From the NCBI GenBank assembly GCA_964016885.1, contig OZ024740.1, forward strand, positions 350,238,001-350,302,000: a stretch of 64,000 nt of DNA, given 5' to 3'. Every line of letters starts with the position of its first letter. The stretch's first letter is position 1. This DNA comes from Eledone cirrhosa. Its lineage: Eukaryota. Below are positions 63,001 to 64,000 of this stretch, piece by piece. The notes beneath the pieces were generated by a model. That model ran no database searches. It had not been told where the DNA came from and was given only the letters and a program-made list of their open reading frames with translations. The translations under genes and the position numbers were made by a program.

Positions 63001-63356
63001 TTTTTCGCCCAGTTTCTTGTGGGTAATCTCTGTTGAGATCTTGAGAGTGATCTGGTTATTCTACGTTTTGTTTCCACATTCCTTGTGGGTAGTCTCTGTT
63101 GAGATCTTGAGAATGATCTACTGGTTTTACTACTTCTCATGGTCTGGTCAAAGGAATATCTATGGTGTTTGTGCTTTTTGTTCATGTTGTGTGCGATAGG
63201 GTGTTTTTGTAGAAAAAGCGAAGAGTTATTACCGTAGTTCTTCTTTGATTCAAGGTAAGGTGAGTGTTTGTGTTGGCACGTGTTCTGGCGTATGTTGTGT
63301 TGGTGATATTGTCCACTTTTAATGCTTTGTCTCAGGGTTCCAGAGTCTTTACCGTA
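59997..63356 (-). mobile_element. Neptune-like PLE, frameshifted, with HHR at 60113-60151; 3' end at (TA)n
   Basis: KQADKGG, LYGLPKVHK, SFDVVSLYTNI, GTAMG, RYLDD, CNDSRCGTC, LLYCIKC..LYVGQT; HHR tgaac-CGGAAGA-t tgc gaaa gca t-GAAA-gtac-TT-gttca. Confidence 0.92.
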
Positions 63357-64000
63357 AATTGCATCCAAATTAGAGGCACAGCGATGGGAACAAAGTTTGC
63401 TCCCGTTTACGCGAACTCTGTAATGGGATACTTAGAACAACAACTCTACCAAGAAATAGAGGAAAAATATAGTACTGACTTTAGAAAGTACATTGAAAAA
63501 TCTTGACGACTGTTTCATCATCTGGACAGAATCTCTAGATACTCTGGATGAGTTCAATATCCTCCTGAATAACCTACACCCATCTCTCCAATTCACAAAA
63601 GAGATGAGTAGGACCAAATTACCATTCCTAGATATAATGATAATCAAAAACGACACCACCAATTACCACGGATATATATATTATAAACACACAGACACCC
63701 ATCAATATCTGAATTTTAAGTCGTGCCATCCATCTCATACAAAATGCAACATCCCATACTGCCTAGCCAGAAGAATTTGTACCATTGTAGAAGATACGAA
63801 TACCACGTACAAAGGCCTAACAGAACTAAGAGAATTTTTGCTCAAACAAAAATACGCATCTCTATTTATAGAAAATGGCATACAGCGGGCTATAAAAATA
63901 CCTATACAACAACTTAGGACAACCCAAGGAAGAAGAAACCAAGAACTGGCCATACCATTTATAATGACACACAAACCATGTCACCAGAATATCTTCAACA
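63357..64000 (+). mobile_element. Inverted partial copy of the same PLE family (matches 61070-61695), runs off the window
   Basis: CIQIRGTAMGTKFAPVYANSVMGYLEQ on plus strand; 14-nt deletion between cttg microhomologies near 63505. Confidence 0.9.

Overview
Eukaryotic, AT-rich, gene-poor window. The repeat content suggests an invertebrate, possibly a cephalopod (inference only). No host gene can be supported. The DNA is a mosaic of (TA)n/(CA)n microsatellites packed with Penelope-like retroelements (PLEs; RT + GIY-YIG): one uninterrupted RT-EN frame at 6588-9227 and several decayed copies, including Naiad-type ones. It also holds two head-to-tail Tx1/L1-type LINEs, a CRE-type fragment, tRNA-derived SINEs, a non-autonomous Helitron and two MITEs. 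The main signal is non-coding. Reading both strands by eye, I find about 32 type I hammerhead ribozyme (HHR) motifs from about 16 unrelated sequence families, most with palindromic stem III. They occur (i) as a retrozyme-like tandem array with an internal variable (TA)n, (ii) as a 323-nt HHR-to-HHR unit, (iii) as asymmetric fold-back insertions in microsatellites, and (iv) as cross-family chimeras. Recurrent non-canonical core variants are present (U10.1-U11.1, U3:A8, a 96-nt branched stem II). All folds were assigned manually and none is computationally or experimentally validated.
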